Assembly (NCBI RefSeq): GCF_035594765.1
Contig: NC_085845.1
Span: 108,246,024 to 108,310,023 of the forward strand
DNA from: Anolis carolinensis
Taxonomy: Eukaryota
DNA length: 64,000 nucleotides
Direction: 5' to 3'
Shown here: one piece after another, positions 1-12,679 of the stretch
How the letters are laid out: every line of letters starts with the position of its first letter
Numbering within the stretch: the first letter of the stretch is position 1
Position numbers and translations under genes: made by a program
The notes under the pieces: model-generated
Told to the model about the DNA's origin: nothing
Database searches by the model: none
Seen by the model: the letters and a program-made list of their open reading frames with translations, nothing else

Positions 1-36
1 GGACGGTCTTTTCCAGTGACCCAGTCATAAAAGGTT
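1..36 (-). CDS. QDPR: QDPR exon 7 (5' part only; truncated by window edge)
   Basis: ttttttaacag|TFYDWVTGKDRP, matching the QDPR C-terminal segment. Confidence 0.93.
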
Positions 37-1168
37 CTGTTAAAAAACAAATATTTCTTTGTGTGAAAAGGAAACCAGGCCTCCATGTTTTAGGTTACCA
101 TAAAAACAAATGAAGTGAAGAAACTCTGAATGTCAGATATACAAGCCAAAAATCCCATGCCATGGGATGCAAGGTGCAAAATTCTGTGGACATATTTCCA
201 CTGAGGCAAAGCATTGCAGCTAGTTTTAGAAAGTCCCGGTTTGGTACTAAATCCACTCGGTCCATTGAACATGTCAAGTCTCATGAGGCAGAAAATAACC
301 TGGTGATTCCCACAAGGTATACAATGTTTTTCTATGTGCAAAAACATCATGGGTGCATCCAGATTGTGCACACTATTATAATGGCATATTTATATTACAT
401 GTAATATTGCTAATAATATTACAATATACTGTTATAGTACAATATAGTGATATATAATGCTTATATTATGATATACGAATGTACATTGTATGTACATATA
501 ACTTGTAAGCCGCCCTGAGTCCCCTTCAGGGTGAGAAGGGTGGGATATAAATGTCACTAATAAATAAATAAATAAATGCAATTGGATGCCACTTTGACTG
601 CCATGGCTCAATGTAGTGGGATCATGGGAGTGGTAGTTTTACAAGGCCTTTATTTAGCCTTTCCTCCCAAAAAGTGTGAAACTACAACACCCAGGATTCC
701 ATAGCATTAAGACATGGAATTTAAAGTGGTGTTAAACCACATTCTTTCTATAACCCTAGATCACAGGAGTCCACACAATAACTGAATATAATGATGACAG
801 GCATTTTGCAGCATGGACAGCTGTGGGCAGAGCAGAGTGGTCTCCCCCACCCACCATTTAGAGGTGAAGTGCCATTCCAGTCCAGCTCAGGAGTTGCTAC
901 TGCTTCCTAGAACGTAACATTATTGTTCATTGGGCAGGCATCAAAGCAACCTTTCTGGGCCAATGCTTTTGCCCCCAATTGTTCACACCACTTCCAGGCA
1001 TCTGTACGTGCAGTCTCACCTGCCAGGCCCAGTTGGCAGCCACCTTTGCTGCACAAAAAGTAACACAATTTCATTCACCAAAGATATCAACTAATGCAAG
1101 ATACAAACAACTAGGATACAAACACAATAACACAAGTAACAGCCACTGAGCAGCTGAAATTTACTCAC

Positions 1169-1252
1169 TCGGTAATAAAATCTAATGGTGTCCAGGAGCT
1201 GAAGTCGGCATCAGGCATGAATTTCCTGTTCATTGGTGTATCCAAGGTTACC
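1169..1252 (-). CDS. QDPR: QDPR exon 6
   Basis: ctag|[28 protein letters not shown]|gtgagt; 84 nt. Confidence 0.97.
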
Positions 1253-2182
1253 CTAGAAAAAGATGCAGATAAACCCTTCAATTGCAAGCTGAGGCACTTG
1301 ATCAATGCTGCCAACGTTTCCTTTTCGTCATAACACTCAAAGAGCACTCAACACATGGCAGGGGCAGGAAATTGCTCTTTTTAAAATTAAATTTTGGCCT
1401 TTTCACCAAGGAAACAAGATGTTCTTTGTGTTCTCTTAATCATTACAGTTTTCCTATTTTCATGTAAGCATTTATAATCCAGGGGCAAAATGACACACAG
1501 CATAACATTATGCTTGTTTTTTAAAAAAATAAAAAGCCTGGACTGCCTTTGAAAAAAAGATGGAACCCTTTTGAGCTCCTTTCTCCACAACCAAAGGCTG
1601 TCCTAACAATCTCCCCAAGCTAGCTTTCCCATAATAGCAGAAATAGTTTCTCTCTCTGATAGATTGGCGTTTTGTAAAGTCAAGTGAACTCATAACTGGA
1701 GACAACAGGATATGGTAAGGCAGCTTTCCCTTTTGACAGAGATGGCTCACTATGCCATTCCTGCCATCACCATAGTAAACACATTCCCAGTAGCCATTTT
1801 TCCCCACTGTTGTTGCTTCTACAAACGCTACTTGCCAACACTGGTGCATTTATAGTGGACACCAGAAGCACAACCTTAATTTAAAACCCATGCTATTAAA
1901 TAATTGTGGGAAAGCTTTTTTGGGAATATAACAATGTTGGGCAATTTTGGAATACCACGAGAGTAAAGAAAAATCCCATCCAGTAACAAAAAAATGGAAA
2001 CATCTGTAAGCACACTTCTCTTTCCTAACAACTTATTTTTGGTGGAAGCAAGTCTGGGTGCATACTTTGGGCTTCTGGGAGGTTTCCAGATCTTTTAACT
2101 AATTTTTGAATAAGGTGTGTGAGAGCTCTGCAACATCGCGATCGAGCCTATATGCCATTGGTTGGCCACTGTTGTTCTAGAC

Positions 2183-2438
2183 CAGAGCTGTCGAAACATT
2201 CCATGTTGGTGACACACTTTCTAGACACAGTAATTTGGTTTTACTAGCAAACTAACCTCCTAGAAGATTTACAGACACATACATACATTGCAATAACAAA
2301 ATGTAAGATGACACAATATGTTTCATGAAAACCTTTCATTAATGTTTATAAAATATGATTTCTCATTATGTTCATATGACACACCTACACACTGCAACGG
2401 ACACACTAATGTGTCGCGACACAGTTTGGAAAGCTCTG
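2183..2438. mobile_element. hAT (Charlie-like) MITE
   Basis: CAGAGCT...AGCTCTG termini; degenerate 8-bp TSD ttctagac / ctctaaac. Confidence 0.7.
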
Positions 2439-3209
2439 CTCTAAACTAGCAGTGAAAACAAAAAAGATCCTGAAGTCTCCCATTCTCGGGAAAGCTCATT
2501 TCTCCCTATAAATTTATGTTTTGAAGGCATCAGCCACCACTTCCATGCTTTCAGCGGCAACACTCCTCTGATGGGAACTGTTCTAAGTGCTTCCAAAGGG
2601 ATATGTAGGAATGGTACTGTAGTCAACAAATAGTGAGCACGATGCATTCCATTGGCCTTTAGTCTCCCACTCATGTATTAGATGTGTCTTATGAAATGAA
2701 TTAGTAATATCTAAACTGTGTAATATAATCATAGCATACTGCTCCAGAATATTTTCTAGAATAGATATTTTACTTATAGTTGGGAAGCTGAAGGTAGAAA
2801 AGAGGAGCAACCTTGTCTTGACACACAGTAGGAACAGGATTTGAACCAGGGGTCTCCTGGTTTGGAGCTCAGTAAGTGTTGTAAGTGAATGCAAGACAGT
2901 GCCAACAACATTTACATTTGAGTAGATTGCTATACTGAAATTCAATGTTTTTATAAATCTAATATAAACCTAATATTAAAACATTGCAGGAGTATCACTT
3001 TGCTCCCATGTGAGTCAGCCTCATACCTTTTCAATCCCCAAATAGCAGATTAGGTACGCAGGTAGATTAGAAGTTGCTGGTTTAAAAGTTTGTTTGCTCC
3101 ACAGTGTACCTTTTATCATATTCATAAGTGTGGTACTAAAAAGAGAGATTGATGCTAAATAGGAAAAGGACTTAAGGCAATACCATAGTATCAATATTCA
3201 GCCACTTAC

Positions 3210-3318
3210 GGGAGAATGGCAACTGCAGAGCACCCGGGTGGCAAGCCACTGTTTGAACTTGACAGACTCTGGCATAGCTGGTGGACAGCTGCTTTGGCCA
3301 TGCCATAAGCAATCATTC
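3210..3318 (-). CDS. QDPR: QDPR exon 5
   Basis: ttttag|(G)[36 protein letters not shown]|gtaagt; contains SDR catalytic YxxxK (YGMAK); 109 nt. Confidence 0.97.
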
Positions 3319-3944
3319 CTAAAAGGAAAAGGTGGGCAAATCAGCGTAGTACGGCAAAATGATTTACATTAGGATCTGTATACCAACTAAGAACTATTAA
3401 AATTACAATGCAATATTATAGTTAATCCAATTGTTCATCTTAACAAAAAAAAAGATCCAGGGCATCTACATACTGCAGGACAATAGTGTCTTGATTCCAC
3501 TCTAATTGCCATGGAATCCAGGCATGGCAGGTTAGAAAGGGGTGTTTCAGAGATATCCTTTGGTGCCTCACCAAACTATTAACCTTGCTTTTACGCAGGA
3601 CATGGTAGTTGAAAGGGGTTGATAGTGTTTAAAAAGGCTGTGAAATGAATTCAGACTCGAGTTAATGGAACCATCCGGAAGGATACCATGGTGCATTAAA
3701 CAAAATACAGCCTAGGTCAAACTTAAGCCTGTATACACACTAAGCAAAAGAGAAAGAACCCCTAAGTTTTAGTCTCTTCAACCATTTAAATATCTTTATT
3801 CTTTGGTACATACTCAAGAATCATCCATCCACAGAAGTGTCAGATCCTGATATGTGCAACAAAACCATATATATGTGTGTGTGTGTGTATCAGTCCACCT
3901 TCTATACAGGACAGATTGGGGGCCAAAATTATGGATTTTAATAT

Positions 3945-4170
3945 TTTTGTGAGAGAATTGGCTGTCTACAGAGACATTGCTCAAAGGATGCCCAGGTGTG
4001 TTACTATCCTGCTGGGAGGCTTCTCTTATGTTGCCGTAAGCTAGAGCTGACAAGACAGGAATTCACTCTGTCTCACGGATTCAAACCTGTAACCTTCAGG
4101 TCAGTAACCCAACCTTCAGGTCAGCAGTTCAGATGGCACAAGGGTTTAACACATTGCACCACTGCGACTC
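3945..4170 (-). mobile_element. Anolis SINE2-type tRNA SINE, diverged
   Basis: Reverse-complement similarity to the copy at 34205-34464. Confidence 0.7.
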
Positions 4171-4808
4171 CTTGATTTTGATATGACAGCCCCTAAGACA
4201 ATTTACTGATTAAGATTTCCAATAGTGGAAAGTTGAGTTTCTTTCCTGCGCAGACCTCTGCCACTTTTCAGGGTTAGAGAAAGGAGAATAGATAAGATGG
4301 CAGAACTAGATAAGTGTTTCTTTGTGCAGAATCAGAATTCCTTAGATACATTTTTAGAATAAAGAATATAAAATTATGTTTATGCTCTACTATTTCCTTT
4401 TCAGGTTCTTCAGGAGATAAAGCCATGAAACAAAGATGACGAGGTCTCTTTCATGACTATTGACAAAGAGGGTTGAAGGCCATTCTCCTTTGAAGCAAGT
4501 TAAGGTAAGTCAAGGTAAACAAATAGGGTGATCACTTGCTTTGGGGAAGCCAGATAAGAGTTTACTCTTCTCTGGTTTCACAATTAAGCAACAAGCACCA
4601 TACCATAAGCTGTGTACTTTTTTTTGGCTTTACTACACTTGCTACTTTCAAAACCCCTTAGAAAAGCCAATGTGTTTGCTCAAAAAATTTCAGCACCAAA
4701 AAACACAAATATTGCTTCACAGAAAACTTGAAAAATCCAGGGCTATTTTTACTGAAGTAAGGTATGCTGACTAGGTTAACACACATACAGACACATATGA
4801 TATTTTAC

Positions 4809-4949
4809 CTGGGGTTCCAGTTAATGCTGCTTTTGCTCCCGTGAGGGTCAACAAACCCCCTTCCTTCAAGTATTTGGTGGCCAGGTGGCTAGAGATAGTT
4901 GATGTCCAAACACTTTGTTTCCACATCAGATCACTGTTTTTGTATAAAG
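4809..4949 (-). CDS. QDPR: QDPR exon 4
   Basis: tcag|(S)[46 protein letters not shown]|gtaaaa; 141 nt. Confidence 0.97.
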
Positions 4950-5148
4950 CTGATGGTCAAGGCAGGTAAAGAACAAATTAGATATCGAAGACATAATAAT
5001 GTACACTCCTGGTTCATACTAATCTTTTATTACAATGGTTAGAAACACATTTTGTACCTTGGTCAGACTACATCTATATTACGGTATTACCTGAGCAGAA
5101 CTACAAGGCATAGAGTCTGGTCTTCATTGATTCATTTTAAATTAAGTA

Positions 5149-5389
5149 CCATATATACTCGAGTATAAGCCAACCCGAATATAAGTCAAGGCACCTAATT
5201 TTATGACAAAAAACTGGGAAAACTTATTGACTCAAGTATATGATGAGAGTGGGAAATGCAGCAGCTACTGGTAAATTTCAAAAATAAAAATAGATACCAA
5301 TAAAATTATAGTAATTGTTTTTGAATATTTACATAAAACTATAATTTTAAAAGGGCTGAAAAACTCAGCTTATACTAGAGTATATATGG
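5149..5389. mobile_element. Tc1/mariner (pogo/Tigger-like) MITE
   Basis: TIR CCATATATACTCGAGTATAAG / CTTATACTAGAGTATATATGG, flanked by TA. Confidence 0.8.
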
Positions 5390-6859
5390 TATGCCAAAAC
5401 AAACCAGTAGGCTCAGTTTCTGACATGAATATCATAGTTCCAAGTCCATCTATCTGTCCAGCTCTATGCCATTTACTTTTCATTAGTGAAAGAACTCATA
5501 CCTAGACTTTTGCATAAACTAGCCAAGAGATTATGAATAAATGCACATCCACTGAAAGTATGCAAAGCACCCACATCAACATACACATCTTATTTTTTTA
5601 AATGGGCAGCATGTGTACAACCCACGAAAATCATGGTCAAGCTCTATGTTTAGATGCCACATGTTCCAGTGTTCACTCAATTTATGTCTGTACTTCTTAA
5701 AAAGAGACAGGGAAACATTCAGTGAAGTCTCAATAGGTAAGCCCATATTGGGAGAAAGTTGGGATTTTAAATAAATACTTGAAATCTGATCCCATGGGGC
5801 AAAAGATTCTTCTTAATTGTGCTAGAATTGTCTCAGCTTCAGAATCAAATTAAATGGATGGGAAGTTCTCTATTTGAACTTCAAACTTCTGCTTAAATGT
5901 TTCACATCATTTTACTAGAGTAGGGAGGGAAGACGTTGTAAAGTAGACTGCAGTATAGTAACAAGAGTGAGGTTGATTTATTATCAGGATTTGCTAGCAG
6001 CATTATTGTTAAAATGTAGTAATGAACTAGTCTTCTTTGCAAACATACAAAGTACCCTGCACTCTTAGCAAAACTGAAGATGAGCGATATAGAGAAAACA
6101 AATCAAATTTAACCAAAAGCAATCATATCTCAATAGCAGCAACAATATGGGAACAAAACTCAAACAAACCAGCTCCAGGAAACCTCCTCTCAATCATATA
6201 AAGTGGGTTTGCCTGGACAGAGGTTTCTAAATAGAAATATGAATATCAAAAATACTCATCTTGAGTTGAGCACATTGATCAGAATGCCCTTAGTATTTAT
6301 TTATTCATTATTTGACTGTTGTTTTATATATTATTAATGAACTGAAACATTTTACATTTAAAAAACCTTTTGAAATGCTGCCAATTCCCATTTCCAAAAA
6401 GCAAGGAGACGGGACCAGGCTCCCCTTCCAACAGAGTCTGAAAAATTGCATGTAATAATTTTTTGACACAATGTTTCAGTTTATGTTTTAGGTAAACTGT
6501 GGCTGTTGATTTTCAAGTAAATTATAGTTTATTGATGTTTCAATTAAACCATGGGTTGTTGAAGTTTCAACTAAACCATGCCTTGTTGATGCAAAAATGA
6601 GTGACTAACACGCTTCCTCCATCCTCAAATTCTCTACTCTTCTTCCTGACATAAGAGGACACCTGGCTCATTAAATTCATTTTCACAGACCTCCTCAAAC
6701 TGTCCTTCAAGTACAGGGTCCAAACCCAAGATTTTTGCTTAGATATCACAGGGACCTCGCCCCTGAAGCCAAGCACATTTGCTTTTGTTCTTCTCACAAA
6801 AACTGTATTTTTGAACCAGACATGTTAGGTCTCAACTGGTCCAAGGATCTTCACCATCT

Positions 6860-7655
6860 GGGCCAGGCTGTGGCACAGCTGATTAGTAGCCAGCTGCAAT
6901 AAATCACTACTGACTGAGAGGTCATGAGATCTAAGTCCGGGTCGGGTTAAGCCCCCCGACCATTAATAGCTTAGCTCACTGTTTACCTAAGCAGACCAAA
7001 AGACAGTTGCATCTGTCAAGTAAGAAATTTAGGTACACTTTATGTGGGAGGCAAATTTAACTAATTTACAACACCATAAAATTGGCAGCAGCGTGTGGAA
7101 AGTAATGAGGAAGTAATACCATTAAGGGCTCAGTGTCACAAGTGGACAGTGAAGTGGCAGCTCTCCCTGTGGCCGGAACTGAGCATACCCTTATGAAGCC
7201 AGAAGCTGGAAAATGTTAAATTGCCTCTGTGTGTGTCTGTATGTCATATGTCTAATGGCATTGAATGTTTGCCATGTATATGTGCACTTTATAACCTTAC
7301 TATGGCACTTTAGTTCAATTTGGCCACTCCATACTATCCCCCTCCACCAACCTGGTGGTTCATTTTATTTTATTTTACTTTTACCTATTTTATTTTTTAA
7401 TGGTCTTTTATGCTTAAAATAATGTATTGTTTGCAAAATGTTATTTTACTGTGTTTTATTCATTGTAATATGTTTTAATTGTTGTATTTGTTTACTGTTT
7501 TTGGGCCGTTGTCCCGTGTTATCCGCCCTGAGTCCCTGCGGGGAGATGATAGCAGGGTAGAAAAATAAAGTTACTTACTTACTTACTATTGTAATCTGCC
7601 CTGAGTCCCCTTCGGGGTGAGAAGGGTGGATTATAAATACTGTAAATAAATAAAT
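6860..7655 (+). mobile_element. tRNA-derived SINE with L2-type 3' tail, interrupted by an L2 3'-end fragment (~7290-7588)
   Basis: tRNA-like head (TGGCACAGCTG A-box-like), tail gccctgagtccccttcggggtgagaaggg(AAAT)n; inserted piece ends in its own stem-loop plus (TTAC)n. Confidence 0.6.
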
Positions 7656-8161
7656 CTGGTGAATTATAATTCATGGCTTAGATTTATGAATAATCAATTC
7701 CTTGAATAATAATCCTATGTGCTTTTTAAAGGGGTTAGAAAATTGTGGACTGCAATTCCTAGCATGCCTGTCTACTAACTATGGTGGCTGGCGCTGCTAG
7801 AAGTTGCAGTCCAACATAACTGGAGGGCCTCATTTTCCATGACCCATACAACCATCTGTTCTGAGGTCTTTTATGACTGCAGTAAAAGGGATCACAAAAA
7901 GCTTTGTAGTAGTATGTAAAAACCTGGGTTTGATTTCAGACATTCTTTACTTGACTTCCTGGAATGTAATGGACAACAACCACCAAACCACTAAAGAAAT
8001 TTTCCCCCACCAAGGCTTGATCTCATTAAGCAAAAGAGCCGAATACTATTAGTAAGTGAAAAATGTATGTGGAGAAACTGTGAGGGAAGGAGTTCATTGG
8101 CTATCTCATTCCTGTACACAAGAAAAAAAATTCAGTTGCATTTGTGAGTTTGCAAGCTTAC

Positions 8162-8258
8162 ATTTTACTTTTGCACTGCCTCCGGCCCATCCACCAGCTA
8201 CGCAAAGGATAGCATCAACCTTTTTCTCGCCCAGAAGTTTTTCAACATCTTCTGTTAC
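8162..8258 (-). CDS. QDPR: QDPR exon 3
   Basis: caaag|[32 protein letters not shown]|gtaagc; 97 nt. Confidence 0.97.
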
Positions 8259-8394
8259 CTTTGAACATGCAAATATGAAGATGTCATCAACTACAACAAA
8301 ATACTGTTCTAAAAATATGGCTTGAAATGTACAAATTGTCAGACCTAACTGATCTCTTCTCACAAATCTAATTCTTAATAGAGTGGTAAACTTA

Positions 8395-9692
8395 GTGGCA
8401 GCTAAAAAGCCAATGAGATGCTAGGCTGCATCAAAAGAGTACAGTAGATCAAGGGAAATGATAGTCCCACTCTCTTCTGCTTTGTTCAGACCTCAGCAGG
8501 GATACTGTGTCCAATTCTGGGCACCACGATTCAAGAGAGAAACTGGAATGTGTACAGATGTAGGTGAACTAAAGCTCCCTTAAATCACTGTCAATTCCTC
8601 CCAGATCCTTCCAGTATTTTCTGTTGGTTATGGGAGTTCTGTGTGTGAAGTTTGGCCCAATTCTATCATTGATGGAGTTCAGAATGCTCTTTGATTGTAG
8701 GTGAATTATAAATCCCAGCAACTACAACTCTCAAATGTCATCTATTTTCCCCAAACTCCACCAGTGTTCGCATTTAGGCATGTTGAGTATTTGTGCCAAG
8801 TTTGGTTCAGATCCATCATTGTTTGAGTCCACCGTGCTCTCTGGATGTAAGTGAACTACAACTCCAAAACTCAAGGTCAATGCCCACCAAACCCTTCCAG
8901 TATTTTCTGTTGGTCATGAGAGTTCTATGTGCCAAGTTTGGTTCAATTCCATCGATGGTGGAATTCAGAATGCTGTTTGATTGTAGGTTAACTATAAATC
9001 CCAGCAACTACAACTCTCAAATGACAAAATCAATCCCCCTCCAACCCCACCAGTATTCAAATTTGGCATATTGGGTATTTGTGCCAAATTTGGTCCAGTG
9101 AATGAGAATACATCCTGCATATCAGATATTTATATTACGATTCATAACAAAAGCAAAATTACAGTTATGAAGTAGCAACGAAAATAATTTTATGGTTGAG
9201 GGTCACCACAACATGAGGAATTGTATTATGGGGTCGCAGCATTAGGAAGGTTGAGAACAACTCTCTATGAGGAGTGTCTTAAAGAGCTGGGCTGTTTAGG
9301 CTGCATAATGTTGAGAGGGAACATGAAAGCCATGTTAGAATATTTGAAAGAATATCACCTTGAGGAGGGGGAAATAAACTTGTTTTCTGCTCATATGGGC
9401 CCCTTCTACACTATACAATCCAGATTATCTGCCTTGAACTCGGTTATATGGCAGTCTAGAGCCAGCCATGGAGACACGGAACAATGAATTGAAATTTTTG
9501 GGAAAAAATATTCCACTTAAACATTAGAAAGAATTTCCTGATGGTAAGAGCTGTTCAGCAGTGGAATATAGTGCCTCGAAGGGTGCTAGTCTCCTTCTCA
9601 ATGCAGAGACTGGATAGCCATCTGTCGGGAGTGCTTTGATTGTATGTTCTTTCATGGCAGGGAGTTGTGGTCTCTTCCAATTCTATGACTGT
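8395..9692 (+). mobile_element. Old CR1 LINE 3' fragment interrupted by a hAT non-autonomous element (~8575-9262)
   Basis: Both flanks align to the CR1 at 24709-25364; the insert has internal tandem units and ends ...ggaaggttgagaacaact. Confidence 0.75.
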
Positions 9693-9824
9693 ATGGTTTA
9701 ATTGTGCCTGAATTGTGAAACTTGGAACAGGTGGAAATTTGCAAGACTGAATGTTGACCCAAGTGTTTGCATTAGTGTTGGACAGGGACTTGAGAGATCT
9801 CCGTTCTAGTCACCAAGGAGCCAT

Positions 9825-9932
9825 GAAAACTCACAACCTCTGAGGATGCCTGCTATAGATGCGGGTGAAACGTCAGGAGAGAATGCTTCTGGGACATGGC
9901 CATACAGTCAGAAAAACTCACAGCAAACCAGC
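9825..9932 (+). mobile_element. Penelope-like element pseudo-LTR fragment
   Basis: Reverse complement of the 10500-10600 and 15545-15640 Penelope segments. Confidence 0.8.
9837..9877 (+). ncRNA. Minimal type I hammerhead ribozyme motif (Penelope-derived)
   Basis: CCT-CTGAGGA-T-GCCTGC(loop)GCGGGT-GAAA-CGTC-AGG: intact CUGAnGA/GAAA/GUC core, stem II pairs, stem I CCU/AGG, palindromic ACGU helix III. Confidence 0.7.
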
Positions 9933-10499
9933 CATGAATCTGTCTAGCTGCCTTGGATTAGTTACTTTTTTGATCTGACCTTTCAATCTATTATGTGACT
10001 CAACTGGAAAAAAGAGTCACGCACACTGTCTTCAGCTTAGTGGAAGATAGGTAGGATATAAATGTCATGAATAAATAAGTAATAATGAATGTATGAAAAT
10101 CTCTTCACCTAACATAATGGGGAGCAGAATTGGATAGAAACGTTCTGCTTAAACATTTTAACATGTGTGAACTTTCCCCTTTTTTGCATAATGGAACAGC
10201 TTAAGGGTCCTGAGCTTGCAGCATGGGACTGATCTAAACTGCCATATAATGCAATTATATGAAACTGCATTATTTGGTCAGTGTAAACTCATACAATGCA
10301 GTTCAATGGAGTTTAACTGCATTATATGGGTCTACGTTGACCATATAACAAAGTTCTTAATGACATCCTATGGCAGTATAGATGACAACATGGAATAGTG
10401 GAGGTTAAGATACTGGTTGAGAGGTCGGTGGGCACCAAATGAGCATTACCTTCACAACAAACCATCCCAGAATTAGCAGGGCTTCCAGATCAGGAAATA

Positions 10500-10822
10500 T
10501 TGGGCTGCTGTGAGTTTTCCAGGCTGTGTGGCCATGTTCCAGAAGTATTCTCTCCTGACGTTTTGCCCACATCTATAGCAGGCATCCTCAGAAATTGTGA
10601 GGTCTGTTGGAAACTAGGCAAGCGAGGTTTCTATATCTGTGGAATGTCCATGGCAGGGAAAAGAACGCTTGTCTGTTTGAGGCAAGTGTGAATGTTTCAA
10701 CTGGCCACCTTGATTAGCACTGAATAGCCTTGCAGTTTAAAGGTCTGGTTGCTTCCTGCCTGGGGGAATCCTTTGTCGGGAGGTGTTAGCTGGCCCTGAT
10801 TTTTTTTTTTCCTGTCTGGAGT
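10500..10822 (-). mobile_element. Penelope-like element 3' / pseudo-LTR fragment
   Basis: Co-linear with 15545-15762; hammerhead core mutated (GAAA to AAAA). Confidence 0.8.
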
Positions 10823-11419
10823 TCAGGAGATATTGTTTCCCAAAAACATGAAAGCCACAGAATCACTCTGTTTAGAAGGCAGCTATAAATATGAAGAAAG
10901 CAGACAAGGAGTTAATGCAGGTGGATTAAGCTGACCTGACATAAATGCCTTCTGTTATATCCTACCATGGGTGGTATCTCACAAAAACGCAATGTGGGCA
11001 GGATTAGATATTTATGGACTCAGAAGCAGTAAATCAGTAACTAGGCTTTACACTGGGAGAAGTGGCATTCTCTCTTTTCCTCCCCCTTCTTGCTCTCTCT
11101 ATCTCTCTCAATATCCAGCTTCTACTATCTTGGATATATTACCGAAACAGAGAGACGTGGATCATAGGAGTTCGATCCCAGGAAACTGCCATATAATCCG
11201 GATTATCAAAGTAGACAATCCACATTATCTGCTCTGAACTGAATTATATGAATCTAGACTGTCATATAATCCAGTTCAAAGCAGATAATCTGGATTTTAT
11301 CTGTCAGTGTAGAAGGGGTCTAAGAGCCAATCTGAATCAAACACAGATGGCCAATTCTCTCATACCAGAAGCAACTTGCAGTTTCTCAAGTCGCTCCTGA
11401 CAGGAAAAAAATCTAATCC

Positions 11420-12050
11420 AAGTCCTGCAAAAGAAACCATGGAACAGGAGCAAGGAGAAGAAGACCATTTCTGATGCCCAAGTGAAAGCTCAGTTAGTGC
11501 AAAATCCACAGATTCTATTGCCAGGATATGTATTTCCTGTAGATAAGAAGAGGCATCTAAGTTTTCAACCCAAATGGTTCAACAGATTTCCCTGGTTAGC
11601 CTACTCATTTCATGTACAAGGTGCACTCTGTATGTACAGTTTGGAGGAGAAGTTGAGGGTAAAGATGCTCATCAGAAGCTTGGTGCATTGGTTGCTAAAC
11701 CATTTGTGCGATGGGAAAATGCAATAGAAGTTTTCAATAGACACCAAAAAACAAAGTACCACCAGAACAACTTGTGCTTGGCTGAAAACTTCTTGCTAAT
11801 TCAGAGTGGAAAGTGTTTTGATGATAAAGGAAATAAGAAGAAAACAGAAATAAGCTTCTGCAAGTTGTGGAAACTATTGTAGCCAAAAAGAACTGGTTTA
11901 AAGTGGGAGCAATGATTCAGGACCTATGACCTATGAAGAACCTTCACTCAATTGTGGTAATTTCAGGGCCTTGTTGACATCTCATGCCAGATCAGGAGAA
12001 ACTGGTCTGAAAAGTAATGGGGGGGGGGGGGGAGTTTCAACCCCTCCTGA
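11420..12050 (+). mobile_element. Decayed hAT (Tip100 / ZMYM1-THAP12-like) transposase fragment
   Basis: Frameshifted peptides FQPKWFNRFPWLAYS..GALC (TTF-type zinc finger), LVAKPFVRWENAIEVFNRHQKTKYH, GNFRALL; G-run plus gtttcaacc subterminal motif shared with MITE 43813-44067. Confidence 0.75.
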
Positions 12051-12054
12051 ATGG

Positions 12055-12628
12055 GCCTGTATACAATGGTATAGTCCAGAAAAGGGCAAACATTTTGCCT
12101 TGGGGCCACAGTGTGGGTCCGATAGAGAAGACCGAGCTGGGAGAGCCTGTGAAAAGGTGGGGCTGGGAGGGGGCAGGTTAGGGGGCAGGTCATCCTCAGG
12201 TTGTCCTCCTGGGATAAAAAATGGGGCTGCTCGCCCCATCCTTATGCCGGGAGGAAAACGAGACATACCCCAATTCTCCTCCCCTGATATTCAGGCTGTC
12301 CTCGCGGCATTATGCCAAGAGGAGGGCAAGACATGTGACGGTCAAGAATGCTCCAGAGGACTCTCAGCCACTGCATGCCTTCCTTGAGCCGTCTTCTCGG
12401 CATAAGGACAGGGCTGCTCGTATGCCTAGAGGAAGGCGAGACATGTGGTGGCTGAGAGAGCTCCAGAGGCTCTCAGCTGGTGTGTGCCTTCCTCCCCCAT
12501 CCTTTCTGCATAGGGATGCGGTGGGCCACCATGTCCTTGTGCCAAGAGGACAGGGAAAATAAAGAGGGCCTGAAGTAAGTGCCCGGGGGGCCACATCTGG
12601 CCCCCGGGCCTTAGTTTGCCCATGCCTG
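12055..12628. mobile_element. hAT non-autonomous element, one terminus
   Basis: Ends ggcccccgggccttagtttgcccatgcctg, a typical hAT-Charlie TIR; internal GC-rich repeats. Confidence 0.7.
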
Positions 12629-12679
12629 GTATAATCAAATGAGGCCCCTTATATCAAATGGGAAAATCAAGGTTTCCTT

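Noticed and set aside
6600-6860. Protein-like minus-strand stretch in QDPR intron 3 (possible cryptic exon or pseudogene)
   Set aside because: No recognisable homology, no convincing splice-site pair, and QDPR exon phases are complete without it
11926-12638. Cluster of GC-rich ORFs in QDPR intron 2
   Set aside because: Interior of hAT-derived elements; no recognisable protein beyond the transposase remnant
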